Source: an uncultured virus (IMG/VR IMGVR_UViG_3300036770_003021) (lineage: Duplodnaviria; Heunggongvirae; Uroviricota; Caudoviricetes). From it: a DNA stretch of 64,000 nt. The stretch's first letter is position 1; each line of letters opens with the position of its first letter. Below, one piece after another: positions 48,991 through 58,848 of the stretch. Both the position numbers and the translations under genes were made by a program. Below the pieces are notes generated by a model. That model made no database searches. It was not told the origin of the DNA and worked only from the letters and a program-made list of their open reading frames with translations. The stretch is from positions 1 through 64,000 of the IMG/VR virus record IMGVR_UViG_3300036770_003021. One strand, written 5' to 3'.

Positions 48991-49764
48991 ATGTCGGAGT
49001 ATTTTGACCCCACATTAATTTACGTCAAAAGCATCAATAAGAATGTTGCAAAAACTCTTATTGAAAAGAATCATTATACACACAAGTGGTCTCTTTGTAC
49101 TGTAGCTTATGGAGTATACTATAAAGAATATGTAGAGAGTACATTCTTTGGTGGGTTTAACGAACGACTAATAGGTGTATTAGTATATGGAAATGCCGTG
49201 GGTAGAAATGCTAGTACCAGTATCTCTTCACTACTTACTAATGATAATGTGTTGGAATTAACACGTTTATGGATAGCAGATGGATATGGTAAGAATATAG
49301 AAAGTTATTGTATTGCCGAGAGTTTTAGATTATTAAATACTGAATATCCCCACATCAAATGTATTCTCAGTTATGCGGATAGTGAAGCTGGACACGCAGG
49401 CACAATCTATCAAGCAACTGGATTTCTATATCAAGGCGATAACTATGTAGATATCGCTATAATGCCTAACTATAGTGTTAGTTTAGTTGGTCCTCCTAAC
49501 TATGACTGGATACACAGTAGAAGTGTATATTCAAGATGGAAAACACACAGTGTAGATAAACTAAAAGATCGCATCGGTAGAACATTCTGGCGTAAACGAG
49601 AGAGTGGTAAACATCGTTATATCAAGTTTATTACTAATAAGATAGAAAATAAGAAGTTAATCAAATCTCTTAAGCATAAAACATTGCCATATCTAAAAAG
49701 TACATCTTTTAAAGAAGAAGTTCAAGAAATAATTGTAGATTCTACCAGCGAATTTTTTGAATAA
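48991..49764 (+). CDS. Mom-like (GNAT-fold) DNA modification enzyme
   Basis: I.KNHY.H, IGVLVYG, LELTRLW, ES..IA.S, ILSYAD...GH.GTIYQATGF.Y.G, K.RY. Confidence 0.72.
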   Translation: MSEYFDPTLIYVKSINKNVAKTLIEKNHYTHKWSLCTVAYGVYYKEYVESTFFGGFNERLIGVLVYGNAVGRNASTSISSLLTNDNVLELTRLWIADGYGKNIESYCIAESFRLLNTEYPHIKCILSYADSEAGHAGTIYQATGFLYQGDNYVDIAIMPNYSVSLVGPPNYDWIHSRSVYSRWKTHSVDKLKDRIGRTFWRKRESGKHRYIKFITNKIENKKLIKSLKHKTLPYLKSTSFKEEVQEIIVDSTSEFFE

Positions 49765-49770
49765 TGCAAG

Positions 49771-49808
49771 AAAAAACCCATCAGCCTTTCAACTGATGGG
49801 TTTGTTTT
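49771..49808. terminator. Bidirectional terminator between the convergent mom-like and gp23 genes
   Basis: aaacccatcag/ctgatgggttt stem with flanking A and T runs. Confidence 0.8.
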
Positions 49809-49827
49809 AACTTACTAATCGTTCAGA

Positions 49828-51654
49828 TTATACGGTGTCTAGGTCACCGATGATAACCTTACCGTAGAACTCAGGGCGCACTACCTTCTTAGCGTAGCGA
49901 GTCATCACACCACGGCGTGGAGTGAAGTTCACTGGATCATAGACCAATGGAGTTTGGATTAGTGGGATATATGGAGCATATACAGCACCGGTTTCTAGGA
50001 AGTTGTTTCCACGGAAACCAACCAATACTACGTTATCGGTCATGTATGGGTTCTTGTAAACTTGGAAGCGAGAAGCAAAGCTACCAACGCGGCTTACGCC
50101 CATTGCGAACTTAGCTTGATCACCATCGGTGTTTACTACATATCCTGGGATTGATTCTAGGATAGTTGCAACGTCTGGACTTACGACCAAGAAGTTTGCA
50201 CCACCACGTAGGGTCAATTTTTGGATTGTGTTAGATACCTTTTGGATCTTGTTTCCAAGAGTTTGGAACCAAGTGCTCTTTACGTAAGCAGTACGGTTTG
50301 GTGAACTGTTTGCATTACGTGTGAAGATTGCTTCACCAGTAGTTGCATTCAATCCCTTGCTGAATTCAACACCGATTTGGGCGGACCAAGCTTCGGTTGT
50401 TACGCCTTCAACGGCTTCGTTCAACATGTCTAGGATTTCAAGATCGATTTCCATAGATACATATTCACTCAATAGAGCAGTAAGTTCTGCTTCTGCGTCG
50501 ATAGAGTGATATGCGTTCAAGTCTTGAGCCAATTCTGGGGTCCAGACTGCTTTCAACTTACGGGTCTTAGCAACGATTGGTTCGCTGTTTAGTACCAAGT
50601 TTACTTCTGGGATACTGATATCAGTATCGATGCTTTGAGTAGCAACGTTACCTGAGGTACCAGAACCTTCACCAGCGGTCTTACCAGCTTCGAAGTCACC
50701 ACGTAGGTTATCGGTAGGTTGTAGGGTATAGATCAACTTAACGTTGCTTGCTGCACCACCGAATGCGCTATTAGAAGCGGATACGATATATACGGATTGA
50801 TAGAATGGATTGCTCAAACTACCAGTGTTAATTGCTTTTGAATAGGTGTTCAATACCAAACCATTGCTTTGTAGAGTAGTTGGAGCGGTAGAACCAGAGA
50901 TCAAGTTGAATGAACGTACTGCATTCAAGTCAACGTTGTACATATATCCTTGACCAGCAACACCAGTGGTGTTGTCGTCGTGGTTCAAGATAACCTTGAA
51001 CAACTTCTTAGCTACGACAGATGCGCTTAATTCAGCAGCAAATTGAACGTCGTTCCAAGAAGCGGTTTGGATGGTGTTACCAGTTGCGGTTGCAGTTGCA
51101 CTCTTAGCTAGGGTAATAGCAGAGCTACTTACTGGACGAACTGAGTAAGCATAAGCACCTTGACCGTATAGACCACGTACTGCGTCATCAGTTGAACCCA
51201 ACTTCTTACCTGTACCACCGAACAAACTGTCGTTCAATTGCTTACCTGCACGGGTAGTTACGGAACTACCGTTGTTCAAGTTACGCAAATCACTACCAGG
51301 AGCGGTTGTACCATACTTGAAGTCTAGATAGAAAATTAGACCAGATGGTAGATTCATTGGTTGTACGCTGACGAATTCCTTAGCGGCGATTTCAGCGAAT
51401 ACACGGCGTACCAATGGTAGAGCTACACCAGCCCATTGTTCTGAACTGGTAGAGGTACCGGTGGTGGTTGCTTCGTCAAGCAATTGTTTTGCTTGGTTTT
51501 CCAATAGGATTGACATATGTGCTTTTTCAACACCTTGGCAACCTTCTAGGAGGCCTGTCTTTTCCCACTTGGATTGTAATCCACGTGTTTCAGCCATCAA
51601 TTTGGCTTGTGGATTCATATTTCCTGTCAATAGACTTTTTACATCCATACTCAT
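49828..51654 (-). CDS. gp23: Major capsid protein (T4 gp23-like)
   Basis: KW...GLL, ILLENQ, LPLVRR, VSVQPMNLPSGLIF, AKTRKLKAVWTPELAQDLNAYH, YAPYIPL, FTPRRGVMTRY. Confidence 0.97.
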   Translation of the reverse strand: MSMDVKSLLTGNMNPQAKLMAETRGLQSKWEKTGLLEGCQGVEKAHMSILLENQAKQLLDEATTTGTSTSSEQWAGVALPLVRRVFAEIAAKEFVSVQPMNLPSGLIFYLDFKYGTTAPGSDLRNLNNGSSVTTRAGKQLNDSLFGGTGKKLGSTDDAVRGLYGQGAYAYSVRPVSSSAITLAKSATATATGNTIQTASWNDVQFAAELSASVVAKKLFKVILNHDDNTTGVAGQGYMYNVDLNAVRSFNLISGSTAPTTLQSNGLVLNTYSKAINTGSLSNPFYQSVYIVSASNSAFGGAASNVKLIYTLQPTDNLRGDFEAGKTAGEGSGTSGNVATQSIDTDISIPEVNLVLNSEPIVAKTRKLKAVWTPELAQDLNAYHSIDAEAELTALLSEYVSMEIDLEILDMLNEAVEGVTTEAWSAQIGVEFSKGLNATTGEAIFTRNANSSPNRTAYVKSTWFQTLGNKIQKVSNTIQKLTLRGGANFLVVSPDVATILESIPGYVVNTDGDQAKFAMGVSRVGSFASRFQVYKNPYMTDNVVLVGFRGNNFLETGAVYAPYIPLIQTPLVYDPVNFTPRRGVMTRYAKKVVRPEFYGKVIIGDLDTV

Positions 51655-51706
51655 ATTTTTGTTTCTTTCTATATTAATTACTGTTAGGTTTTTACTCGCA
51701 AACTAA

Positions 51707-52789
51707 TTACTTCTTGATTCCTGCGAGTTTTTGGAATCTTGAAGCCATTACTTCAGCTTGAGGTTCTACAATGGTAGAATCAGGCTTTGTACTGGATACT
51801 GGTTTGCTTGCCAAACCTTCGGTGATAGTTTGAGCAGTTGTATTGGTCTTTTTCTTGACAACTGATGCACCGGAATTAAGTGATTCGGCTAAAACTGTAT
51901 ATGCCAACTTGACTTCACGAATATTCTTGGTCAAGTCGAAAGTGTTGATGATCTTCAACTTTTGATCTTCGGTAAGAGCTTTACCTTTGAACAATTTGTT
52001 GGTGTAGAGCAACTTAGCATTTAATAGATTTGTTTCAGATAGAACACTCTTCAAATACTTTACAGTCTTGATGTGTTCGCTCAATTGAGACTTTAGTTGT
52101 TCATTTTCTTCGTTGATAGCTACTAGAGCTTCTGCCATTTCTTCAGCGGATACTTCTTCTGAGTATTCACCTTCTGAAGGAGATGGAACTTGAGCTGGGG
52201 CTGGAGCTGGTACTTCAGCAGCTGGAGCAGCTGGAGCAACAGGAGCTTCTGGAGCTGGAGCAGGTGCTGGTGCAGCTGCTGGATCTTCGCCTTCTAGTTC
52301 TGCTAGAAGTTCGTCTAAATTAATTTCTTCTTCCATTGAAGCTTCGGAATCATCAGATTCACCGGCATCGTCGGAAGCTCCTTCGGATACTTCACCTTCT
52401 AGTTCTGCTAGAATTTCGTCTAGTTCTTCACTGGTTACTTCAGCGCCTTCTTCAACGGCAGCTTCTTCTTCAAGCTTTACGTCGAATTCTTGTTTGCCTG
52501 CTGGAGTTGTGTTTTTATTTGCAGCTGGTGATGGATTCACTGGTTTTGCAGTCTTAGCTGTTAGACCATCATCCTTACCAATATTGGAAGATGCAAGTTT
52601 TTCTTCAATCTTGCCTTCTTCACCTTCTGGTGCTTCGGTTTCTTCTGCCATTTCTTCCTTGAGTTTATCTGCAAACATTTCTTTCATACTGTTTGCAAAA
52701 CTTTCTTCAAGGAAGGTCTTTGCATTTGCCAATGCTGTTTCACGTACAGCCTTTGCATCCGCAATGCTTTCTTTTAATAGATCGCTCAT
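51707..52789 (-). CDS. gp22: Prohead core scaffold protein (gp22-like)
   Basis: Acidic, Ala/Pro-rich linker, coiled coil, ETNLLNAKLLY, ends RFQKLAGI; directly upstream of gp23; likely start MSDLLKE. Confidence 0.75.
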   Translation of the reverse strand: MSDLLKESIADAKAVRETALANAKTFLEESFANSMKEMFADKLKEEMAEETEAPEGEEGKIEEKLASSNIGKDDGLTAKTAKPVNPSPAANKNTTPAGKQEFDVKLEEEAAVEEGAEVTSEELDEILAELEGEVSEGASDDAGESDDSEASMEEEINLDELLAELEGEDPAAAPAPAPAPEAPVAPAAPAAEVPAPAPAQVPSPSEGEYSEEVSAEEMAEALVAINEENEQLKSQLSEHIKTVKYLKSVLSETNLLNAKLLYTNKLFKGKALTEDQKLKIINTFDLTKNIREVKLAYTVLAESLNSGASVVKKKTNTTAQTITEGLASKPVSSTKPDSTIVEPQAEVMASRFQKLAGIKK

Positions 52790-52944
52790 AATTATATTTC
52801 TGCCTTTCTTATTGTTATTTGTTGGTGAAGCTATTGAAGAACTCCAAAGAAGATAAATGTATGTGACATCAAAGAATGATGTATTTGAATAATAAATATA
52901 ATTTAAAATTGAAACAAATGAAAATATTTTATATTTATTGATAT

Positions 52945-53538
52945 ATGCCTGCAAAAAGCGAAAAACAAGCCAGACTATTTAGATTGGTAAGAGCACTACA
53001 AAAAGGTGGAATCAAATCAAAAGAAGTTTCACCACAAGTTCGTAAGATGGCACGTACCATCAAACCAAGTAGTGTAAAACACTTTGTTAAATTGAAAGAA
53101 ATATTGAAAAGTCTTAATGAAGCAGAATATTCATTGAGTGATTTTGATATCATTAAAGGCAAATCATTTAACCAAGTACTAAAAGAAAATGAAGGTATTC
53201 CGTTTACTAAAAAAGAAATGTTAACTTTTCAAAGTAAACAAGCAGGATTTAGTGGATTTGGAAAAACAAATTTTATTCCTAACCCACCAGAAAATACAAA
53301 AATAGAAACTGAAATATTTAGTAATGGTAGTACCAAGAAATATGTGTTTAAAAAGCTCATAGATCAAAAAAATGAAAATTTAATTGTATATGCTTGTTTT
53401 ATTCAAAGATCTTATCCTGATAAACCAGACAAAGAAATATTCAGTATGTTAAGTACTGCTTTGGATAAGAATAAAGATTCTGAACAAACAAAAACCCTAT
53501 CTGACTTTATAGATAGAATTAACTCTTATGGCCTATAA
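52945..53538 (+). CDS. Hypothetical protein with basic N-terminal MPAKSEKQAR module
   Basis: 197-aa ORF, TATTTATT 5 nt upstream; internal KLKEILKSLNE. Confidence 0.65.
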   Translation: MPAKSEKQARLFRLVRALQKGGIKSKEVSPQVRKMARTIKPSSVKHFVKLKEILKSLNEAEYSLSDFDIIKGKSFNQVLKENEGIPFTKKEMLTFQSKQAGFSGFGKTNFIPNPPENTKIETEIFSNGSTKKYVFKKLIDQKNENLIVYACFIQRSYPDKPDKEIFSMLSTALDKNKDSEQTKTLSDFIDRINSYGL

Positions 53539-53986
53539 TTTCAATCCAAATCTAGCTAAACATATGAATTCCACAAAAGACAATTATAAGTTTATAAAAA
53601 GAACTGGGGACGAAACTCCATATTCCAACCCAGATGTGCGTTCTATGAATAATAGCTACAACAATTATAAGTCTCCAAAATTAATTAACTTTATAAACAA
53701 TGATAATTTTGAAGAAGAAAAAATGTTTAAGTTAGAAGATATAGATAATCCAAACGGATGGGATTTTACGGAAATTGATATATTGGGTGAAATGAATTTT
53801 CGTATAGATGATGAATACAGAATGTTTTCTGAAATAGAAGTTCCATCTTTAGATATGGTCAACGAGAAAAGAAAAACCTTCGTCTATAAAACAGACGAAG
53901 GTTATGTCATAGAAGCAAATAGAAGATACGTTTTCGAATCTTTCGATAAAATGTTGGAATTTATTGATTCGATACCGATGAGTTAA
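53528..53986 (+). CDS. Hypothetical protein
   Basis: 152-aa ORF overlapping the previous gene end. Confidence 0.6.
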   Translation: MAYNFNPNLAKHMNSTKDNYKFIKRTGDETPYSNPDVRSMNNSYNNYKSPKLINFINNDNFEEEKMFKLEDIDNPNGWDFTEIDILGEMNFRIDDEYRMFSEIEVPSLDMVNEKRKTFVYKTDEGYVIEANRRYVFESFDKMLEFIDSIPMS

Positions 53987-54392
53987 TAGTGCCTTCTTGT
54001 GGTTTTGGATCAGTGTGTACTTGGTCGGCAATTTCAAAATAACGTTCCAATCTCATACCAACTTGTTCATACAACATTTCAAGTTGTTTTTCAATTTCTT
54101 TCATTTTGTTGGCTTCTTCATACATTTTGGCAGCGTCTCTTTTGATTTCTTTCATATCACGTTCAACCATTTTGGCTTGCATCCAGTCGCCACATTCTTT
54201 AATTGCGTAGCGTTCTGCTAGATTAACAGCCTCCATAATTTTTTGTGCAGTTTCATATACACAATCGGCTTTTAATCCCTTGCGATATTCATTATAGGAT
54301 CTAATAGCACCAACCATTTTTGACTTTTCTTCTTTGGTGAGTGGGCTATAAGCTACTTCAGTGGAATTTTCTAGTAAATGTTTTAATTTCAT
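53961..54392 (-). CDS. Hypothetical coiled-coil head-module protein
   Basis: Leader MKLKHLLE; helical; ends LYE..G..L.RYFEI; TATTTATA 4 nt upstream. Confidence 0.7.
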   Translation of the reverse strand: MKLKHLLENSTEVAYSPLTKEEKSKMVGAIRSYNEYRKGLKADCVYETAQKIMEAVNLAERYAIKECGDWMQAKMVERDMKEIKRDAAKMYEEANKMKEIEKQLEMLYEQVGMRLERYFEIADQVHTDPKPQEGTINSSVSNQ

Positions 54393-54404
54393 ACTTTATA
54401 AATA

Positions 54405-55007
54405 TTATAATTCTGATAGAATGTTGTGAATAATTCTTTCTACATTACCGTATGGGTTGACAATTGTTCTTTGTTCTACACTTTCATTGATTTTGCCTTG
54501 AGGATACATAAAGGCACCTTGTGTACTAGGATTGCTTACAAAGTCAAATGCGATCAAATCAAAATCGTCTTGTACAATGTCAGCCCCTTCTCTCATATCT
54601 TTTTTAACACTGCCTAATCCTCTGCTGCTAATACCTAATAAAATTCCAGATTGCAATAAATCTCTAAGAATATTACCACTTGGTGTGGGTAGTATTTCAA
54701 CTGTTCCAACTAAATCTTTGTCTTCCCAACCCATATCAACGATGTTGTGACTAACGTTCTTTAAGTTAACCACGCTGCTTTCTGGATGATCCAACTCACC
54801 CATAGCACGACGTTGTTTTACGAAGTTTTGCATATACTTTTCAGCTTCACGCTTTAGTACATCTTCTGGGTACACTCTTCCATTTTGATTCTTTGCATCC
54901 GCACGTTGTAATACGCCGGTTACATATAGTTTTCCATCTTTAAGAGATTCATTTAAAGATGTCTTTTTAAATTCAAATGGTAATATGTCTATCAATACTT
55001 GTTTCAT
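54405..55007 (-). CDS. gp21: Prohead protease (T4 gp21-like)
   Basis: GVLQRAD.KNQNGRVYP, GELDHP, VSH, GISSRG.GS, FDFVSNPS; likely start MKQVL. Confidence 0.93.
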   Translation of the reverse strand: MKQVLIDILPFEFKKTSLNESLKDGKLYVTGVLQRADAKNQNGRVYPEDVLKREAEKYMQNFVKQRRAMGELDHPESSVVNLKNVSHNIVDMGWEDKDLVGTVEILPTPSGNILRDLLQSGILLGISSRGLGSVKKDMREGADIVQDDFDLIAFDFVSNPSTQGAFMYPQGKINESVEQRTIVNPYGNVERIIHNILSEL

Positions 55008-55014
55008 ATATATG

Positions 55015-56019
55015 TTAAGCTTTAGGTTGTGTTGTTCCTGGTTGTTTTGATTGATCTGGTTGATTTGCAACAGTTGCGTCTTGCTTATCTGCGGTTATTG
55101 TATTTTGTGGAACAACATTTTGTTGACTTTGAGGGTCAACCAATGCTTTTGATTTAGCAACTTGATATTGATCTTTTGGTTTCAAATTATCAGCATTACC
55201 TAAAATTTTAAGTTTAAATCCTGGCTTGATGAAAAATTTAGCTACTTTTTGTTTATTTTCTTCACGGCCAATTATTATAATAACGTATCTGTCGTAGTAA
55301 TAATCAATAGCAACACCAGTTACATTTATAGTATAATCTGTCTCAGGTTGTTTATATCCTTTACTGGCTCTAACTACGATTTTCTTACCTAAAATTTTGT
55401 CTTGGATTGTTTTTTGTAGATTGTTCTTTAATGCCTCAGTTGAACCTTTTAACTTGGTATCAAATGCTGTAAAATCAGGCAATACATCATATGTTTTTAA
55501 ATCTACAGATGGTGAAGGTTCGGCTTGCTTTGGTTGTTGAGTTGGAGGTTGAGCAGGTGACGGTTGTGGAACAGAAGCTTTCTGACCTTCTTGTTCATAT
55601 TTTAAACCATTAAAACCTTCAGTAAATGGTAAACTTCCTTGTTTATAACCAATCAAATTTGGATCTAAATTTGGATCATTATGTTGAACCAACCCATTTT
55701 TATCTGTATATGTATCTCCTAATTCAATTGATTGAGCAGGAGTACTATATGCTGGTTCACTATACATTTGATTTTCTAACTTATAACCAGTACTTCTTTT
55801 AACTGGTTTAGCTAACTTGTATCCTACTTGTGTATATGTATCTGGTCTTGCTCCTCTTTTTGAAAAAGCAAATGGAGTTCTTGCAGCGTCACCACCAACA
55901 GCAACTGGACCAGAAGCAACAGGTGCGGTACCTGTTGTACTAGCTTCATTTTTAACCTTTAGGTTGGTTAAAATCTTTTTAATCTTTTGTTTAAGATTTT
56001 GCTTCATTTTTGACATCAA
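55015..56019 (-). CDS. Hypothetical head-module protein
   Basis: 334-aa ORF between portal-linked gene and protease; KNE|ASTTG...TPFAF, Pro/Gln-rich linkers. Confidence 0.65.
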   Translation of the reverse strand: MMSKMKQNLKQKIKKILTNLKVKNEASTTGTAPVASGPVAVGGDAARTPFAFSKRGARPDTYTQVGYKLAKPVKRSTGYKLENQMYSEPAYSTPAQSIELGDTYTDKNGLVQHNDPNLDPNLIGYKQGSLPFTEGFNGLKYEQEGQKASVPQPSPAQPPTQQPKQAEPSPSVDLKTYDVLPDFTAFDTKLKGSTEALKNNLQKTIQDKILGKKIVVRASKGYKQPETDYTINVTGVAIDYYYDRYVIIIIGREENKQKVAKFFIKPGFKLKILGNADNLKPKDQYQVAKSKALVDPQSQQNVVPQNTITADKQDATVANQPDQSKQPGTTQPKA

Positions 56020-56869
56020 TCTTTTTAATTTCTTCTATCAATTCGTATGCATTTAACAATGAAGTCAATTGATTTTCTTTAATTACGCCAACACAAGATT
56101 TTGTTGAAAACTGACTAATAACTTCATTTATTTTAATTTTTACCACTTCGGAGGTAACATTCTTCACTTGATCTTTTAATACTCCACTTATTCTCTTATA
56201 TTCTTCGTTGACGTATTTTGTAAATTTACTGGAGTTTGAAACATTAGTAATATATTCTTTTAGAAGTTTCTTTTGATCTGGCAAAAGATTGTTGTATTTG
56301 GTATTAAAGTTTTCAATCAAGAATTTATAGGCCAACAATCTAACTTCAGCACTTTGATTTCCATAAACATCCATCATTTCTTGTTCTGACTTCTTTTCTT
56401 TTGTTAAGCTCTCAACAATATATTCTCTTGATTCTAACAATTCAGATACATCAAACTTGACTTCACTTTTATCTTGATCTTCAAATAATTTGTATATAGA
56501 GGCATATAACTTATAATTTGGAATTTTATTTTTCAAAAATTCGTCTATATTATACTTCTCTTTTATTTCTTTAATTATGTTGTACTTTTGCTTGTTCAAT
56601 TCACGTTCATCTAGTTTGGAACGTGTTTGTAAAACAACATTCAAAAGACGTTCAGCGGAAGAAGCATCTTTGCTTTTTTGTTGGAGGATGAAATTGTAAA
56701 GTTGCACTTCTTTTCCTAGTTCTTTACTTTCGTGAAAATACTTGAACATCAGATTTTTGGTAAATGATTCATCTCTCCCCGCTAGAATGTCGGCTGTTAT
56801 TTGTCTAGTGAGTAGTTCAAACAATATTCCAGCATTCTTGAATTTCGAATGTTTTGCTTTCTTGTGCAT
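55991..56869 (-). CDS. Hypothetical helical protein downstream of portal
   Basis: KHSKFKNAGILFELL.RQITAD, KIPNYKLYASIYKLFE, ENFN.KY..L...QK.LLKEYI. Confidence 0.7.
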   Translation of the reverse strand: MHKKAKHSKFKNAGILFELLTRQITADILAGRDESFTKNLMFKYFHESKELGKEVQLYNFILQQKSKDASSAERLLNVVLQTRSKLDERELNKQKYNIIKEIKEKYNIDEFLKNKIPNYKLYASIYKLFEDQDKSEVKFDVSELLESREYIVESLTKEKKSEQEMMDVYGNQSAEVRLLAYKFLIENFNTKYNNLLPDQKKLLKEYITNVSNSSKFTKYVNEEYKRISGVLKDQVKNVTSEVVKIKINEVISQFSTKSCVGVIKENQLTSLLNAYELIEEIKKIDVKNEAKS

Positions 56870-56925
56870 ATTATTTATTATTATTTATAAATATAATCAA
56901 TGTGGTTAAATATGTAGGAATTATA

Positions 56926-58827
56926 CTATTCTTTTATATTTTGTTCATCCATAAAAGATTTTTTACTTCCCTCTCGTAATATTTCTTTTTCTTGATCTAA
57001 AGTTTTTAGTACATCTGTCAATCCTTTAATAGATTCTAGTGATAGCGGAGACTTGTTTTTATACTTGTGCGTCACAGACAAATCACTACGTCTATTGTTT
57101 TCTAATGTACCCAATGGATCTTCACCAAATCGATAATCACGTGCATCTTTTCTACCAGTTTGATCACGTTCTGCTAATTTTGGAGGTGTTGATTTTTCTC
57201 CACCAGCTTCACCACCTTTTGGCTCACCTCCACCTGGCGGTTCTCCGCCTGGCTCACCACCAGATGGCTCGGCACCGCCTGGTTCTCCACTTGGGCTACC
57301 AGCAGACCCACCGGCTCCTTCTTTATCGTCCTTGTTTAAGAATGATAATGCTGGATCATTGCCTTCTTCTTCGATTTGTTTAAATCTATATGTACCTTTA
57401 GCATCATCGATAAGTTGTTTTTGCAACTCAATCATATCTTGATCTGATAAACCAAAAATATTTTCATAGATCCACTTCTTAGAAAATACTTTTTGTTCTT
57501 GCATATCTTTGGAGAGTTCGACTTTGCTTTTATATACGTCGATCTTTTCTTTTTCAAAGATAGTAGATGGATTGGTCAATTCCAATGTAAAATCGACCAA
57601 CGATTCATCTCTATATCCTTGTGAATATAAATGAATAACCGCAATCTTATTTAACTCACTTACAATAATACGTTGAATACGTTGAACAGTTCTAGCAAAA
57701 CGTATATCTTCAGCTGCCAATGTAGCTTTACCGCTTAGACTTTCATCGTAACCTAAAAATGCTTTGGGGATCTTAAGCGCTGCCATCATTTTGTTACGAA
57801 GATATTCAATATCATCAGTACCTGTCCATTCTAGACCAGACAAGTTTTCAATACTTGTACCGCTATCACTACCACGAACTGGCAAGAAAAAGTCTTCTAC
57901 CATGTTCTGCAAATTGAATCTTAAATTGTAGTCGCCTGTTTGTTGATCCAAATATGGTACTTTTTTCATTTGATCCATAATGCGTTGCATATGGTTATCA
58001 ACTTCATTTGGAGGAATATTACCGATGTCAACCTTGAAAATACGTTTTTCAGGAGCGCGCATAATACGATGAATTAACATTGCGTCTTCCATCAAACTCA
58101 ATTGCTTCCATACACGACGAGCGCCTTCTAAAGAACTTTTTCCGTATGGCAAAAAGTTACTATCACTCAACAAACGAAAATGTGCAATTTGATAATTTTC
58201 TAGTTCTTCTAGTTTATTACCATATGGAAGGTTGACTTGGAACTTAACAAAATTCTTATTTGATAAATGTGCGTTTTCTACACGGGTTACATAATAAGTG
58301 CTCAATGGCTCTACCAAATAAACACCATATTCAGGGCTAATATGTAAACGTAAATAAAAATCTCCGTATTTGACCATACAACGAGTCCAACTCCAAAGAT
58401 TGAATTCGATGTTTAAAATGTCATAAAACAAATTGTGTAGAATTTGCTTGATTTCATCGTTGGATGATTTAATATGAATTACTTCACCCATTTCATTTCT
58501 AGTTGTACATTCATCTGCATAAATATCCAATGCAGATGCTAGAATTGGATCCATATCCATTGTATCATAATCACGAAATAGTTCTACACGGCTACTTTGA
58601 TACGATAAATTGAAATCTCTTGTGTATTGATTATATGAAGTGGTGCGTAATCTATTAAAACGATCTCTTAAACTATTACGATCTGTAGCATACTGAATTT
58701 CGTCAGTATCAATTACTTTTAATTTTTTACCACCAATATTACGAACAATTACATCATTTGAAAACAAACGTTTCAAACGTGCAAATAATGAACGATTGCG
58801 TAATTCTTGAAAAGATTTATCTGCCAT
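56926..58827 (-). CDS. gp20: Portal protein (T4 gp20-like)
   Basis: ALDIYADE, QL.LMEDAMLIHRI.RAPEKRIF..DIGN.P, EDFFLP.RG...GT.IE.L.G, DIEY...K...ALKIP, EDIRFAR. Confidence 0.95.
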   Translation of the reverse strand: MADKSFQELRNRSLFARLKRLFSNDVIVRNIGGKKLKVIDTDEIQYATDRNSLRDRFNRLRTTSYNQYTRDFNLSYQSSRVELFRDYDTMDMDPILASALDIYADECTTRNEMGEVIHIKSSNDEIKQILHNLFYDILNIEFNLWSWTRCMVKYGDFYLRLHISPEYGVYLVEPLSTYYVTRVENAHLSNKNFVKFQVNLPYGNKLEELENYQIAHFRLLSDSNFLPYGKSSLEGARRVWKQLSLMEDAMLIHRIMRAPEKRIFKVDIGNIPPNEVDNHMQRIMDQMKKVPYLDQQTGDYNLRFNLQNMVEDFFLPVRGSDSGTSIENLSGLEWTGTDDIEYLRNKMMAALKIPKAFLGYDESLSGKATLAAEDIRFARTVQRIQRIIVSELNKIAVIHLYSQGYRDESLVDFTLELTNPSTIFEKEKIDVYKSKVELSKDMQEQKVFSKKWIYENIFGLSDQDMIELQKQLIDDAKGTYRFKQIEEEGNDPALSFLNKDDKEGAGGSAGSPSGEPGGAEPSGGEPGGEPPGGGEPKGGEAGGEKSTPPKLAERDQTGRKDARDYRFGEDPLGTLENNRRSDLSVTHKYKNKSPLSLESIKGLTDVLKTLDQEKEILREGSKKSFMDEQNIKE

Positions 58828-58848
58828 ATTATTCTAGTATATAAGTAT

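Noticed and set aside
52790..52900. Structured ncRNA in the ~100-nt gp22 leader
   Set aside because: Only weak short stems are visible; cannot be supported without comparative data.
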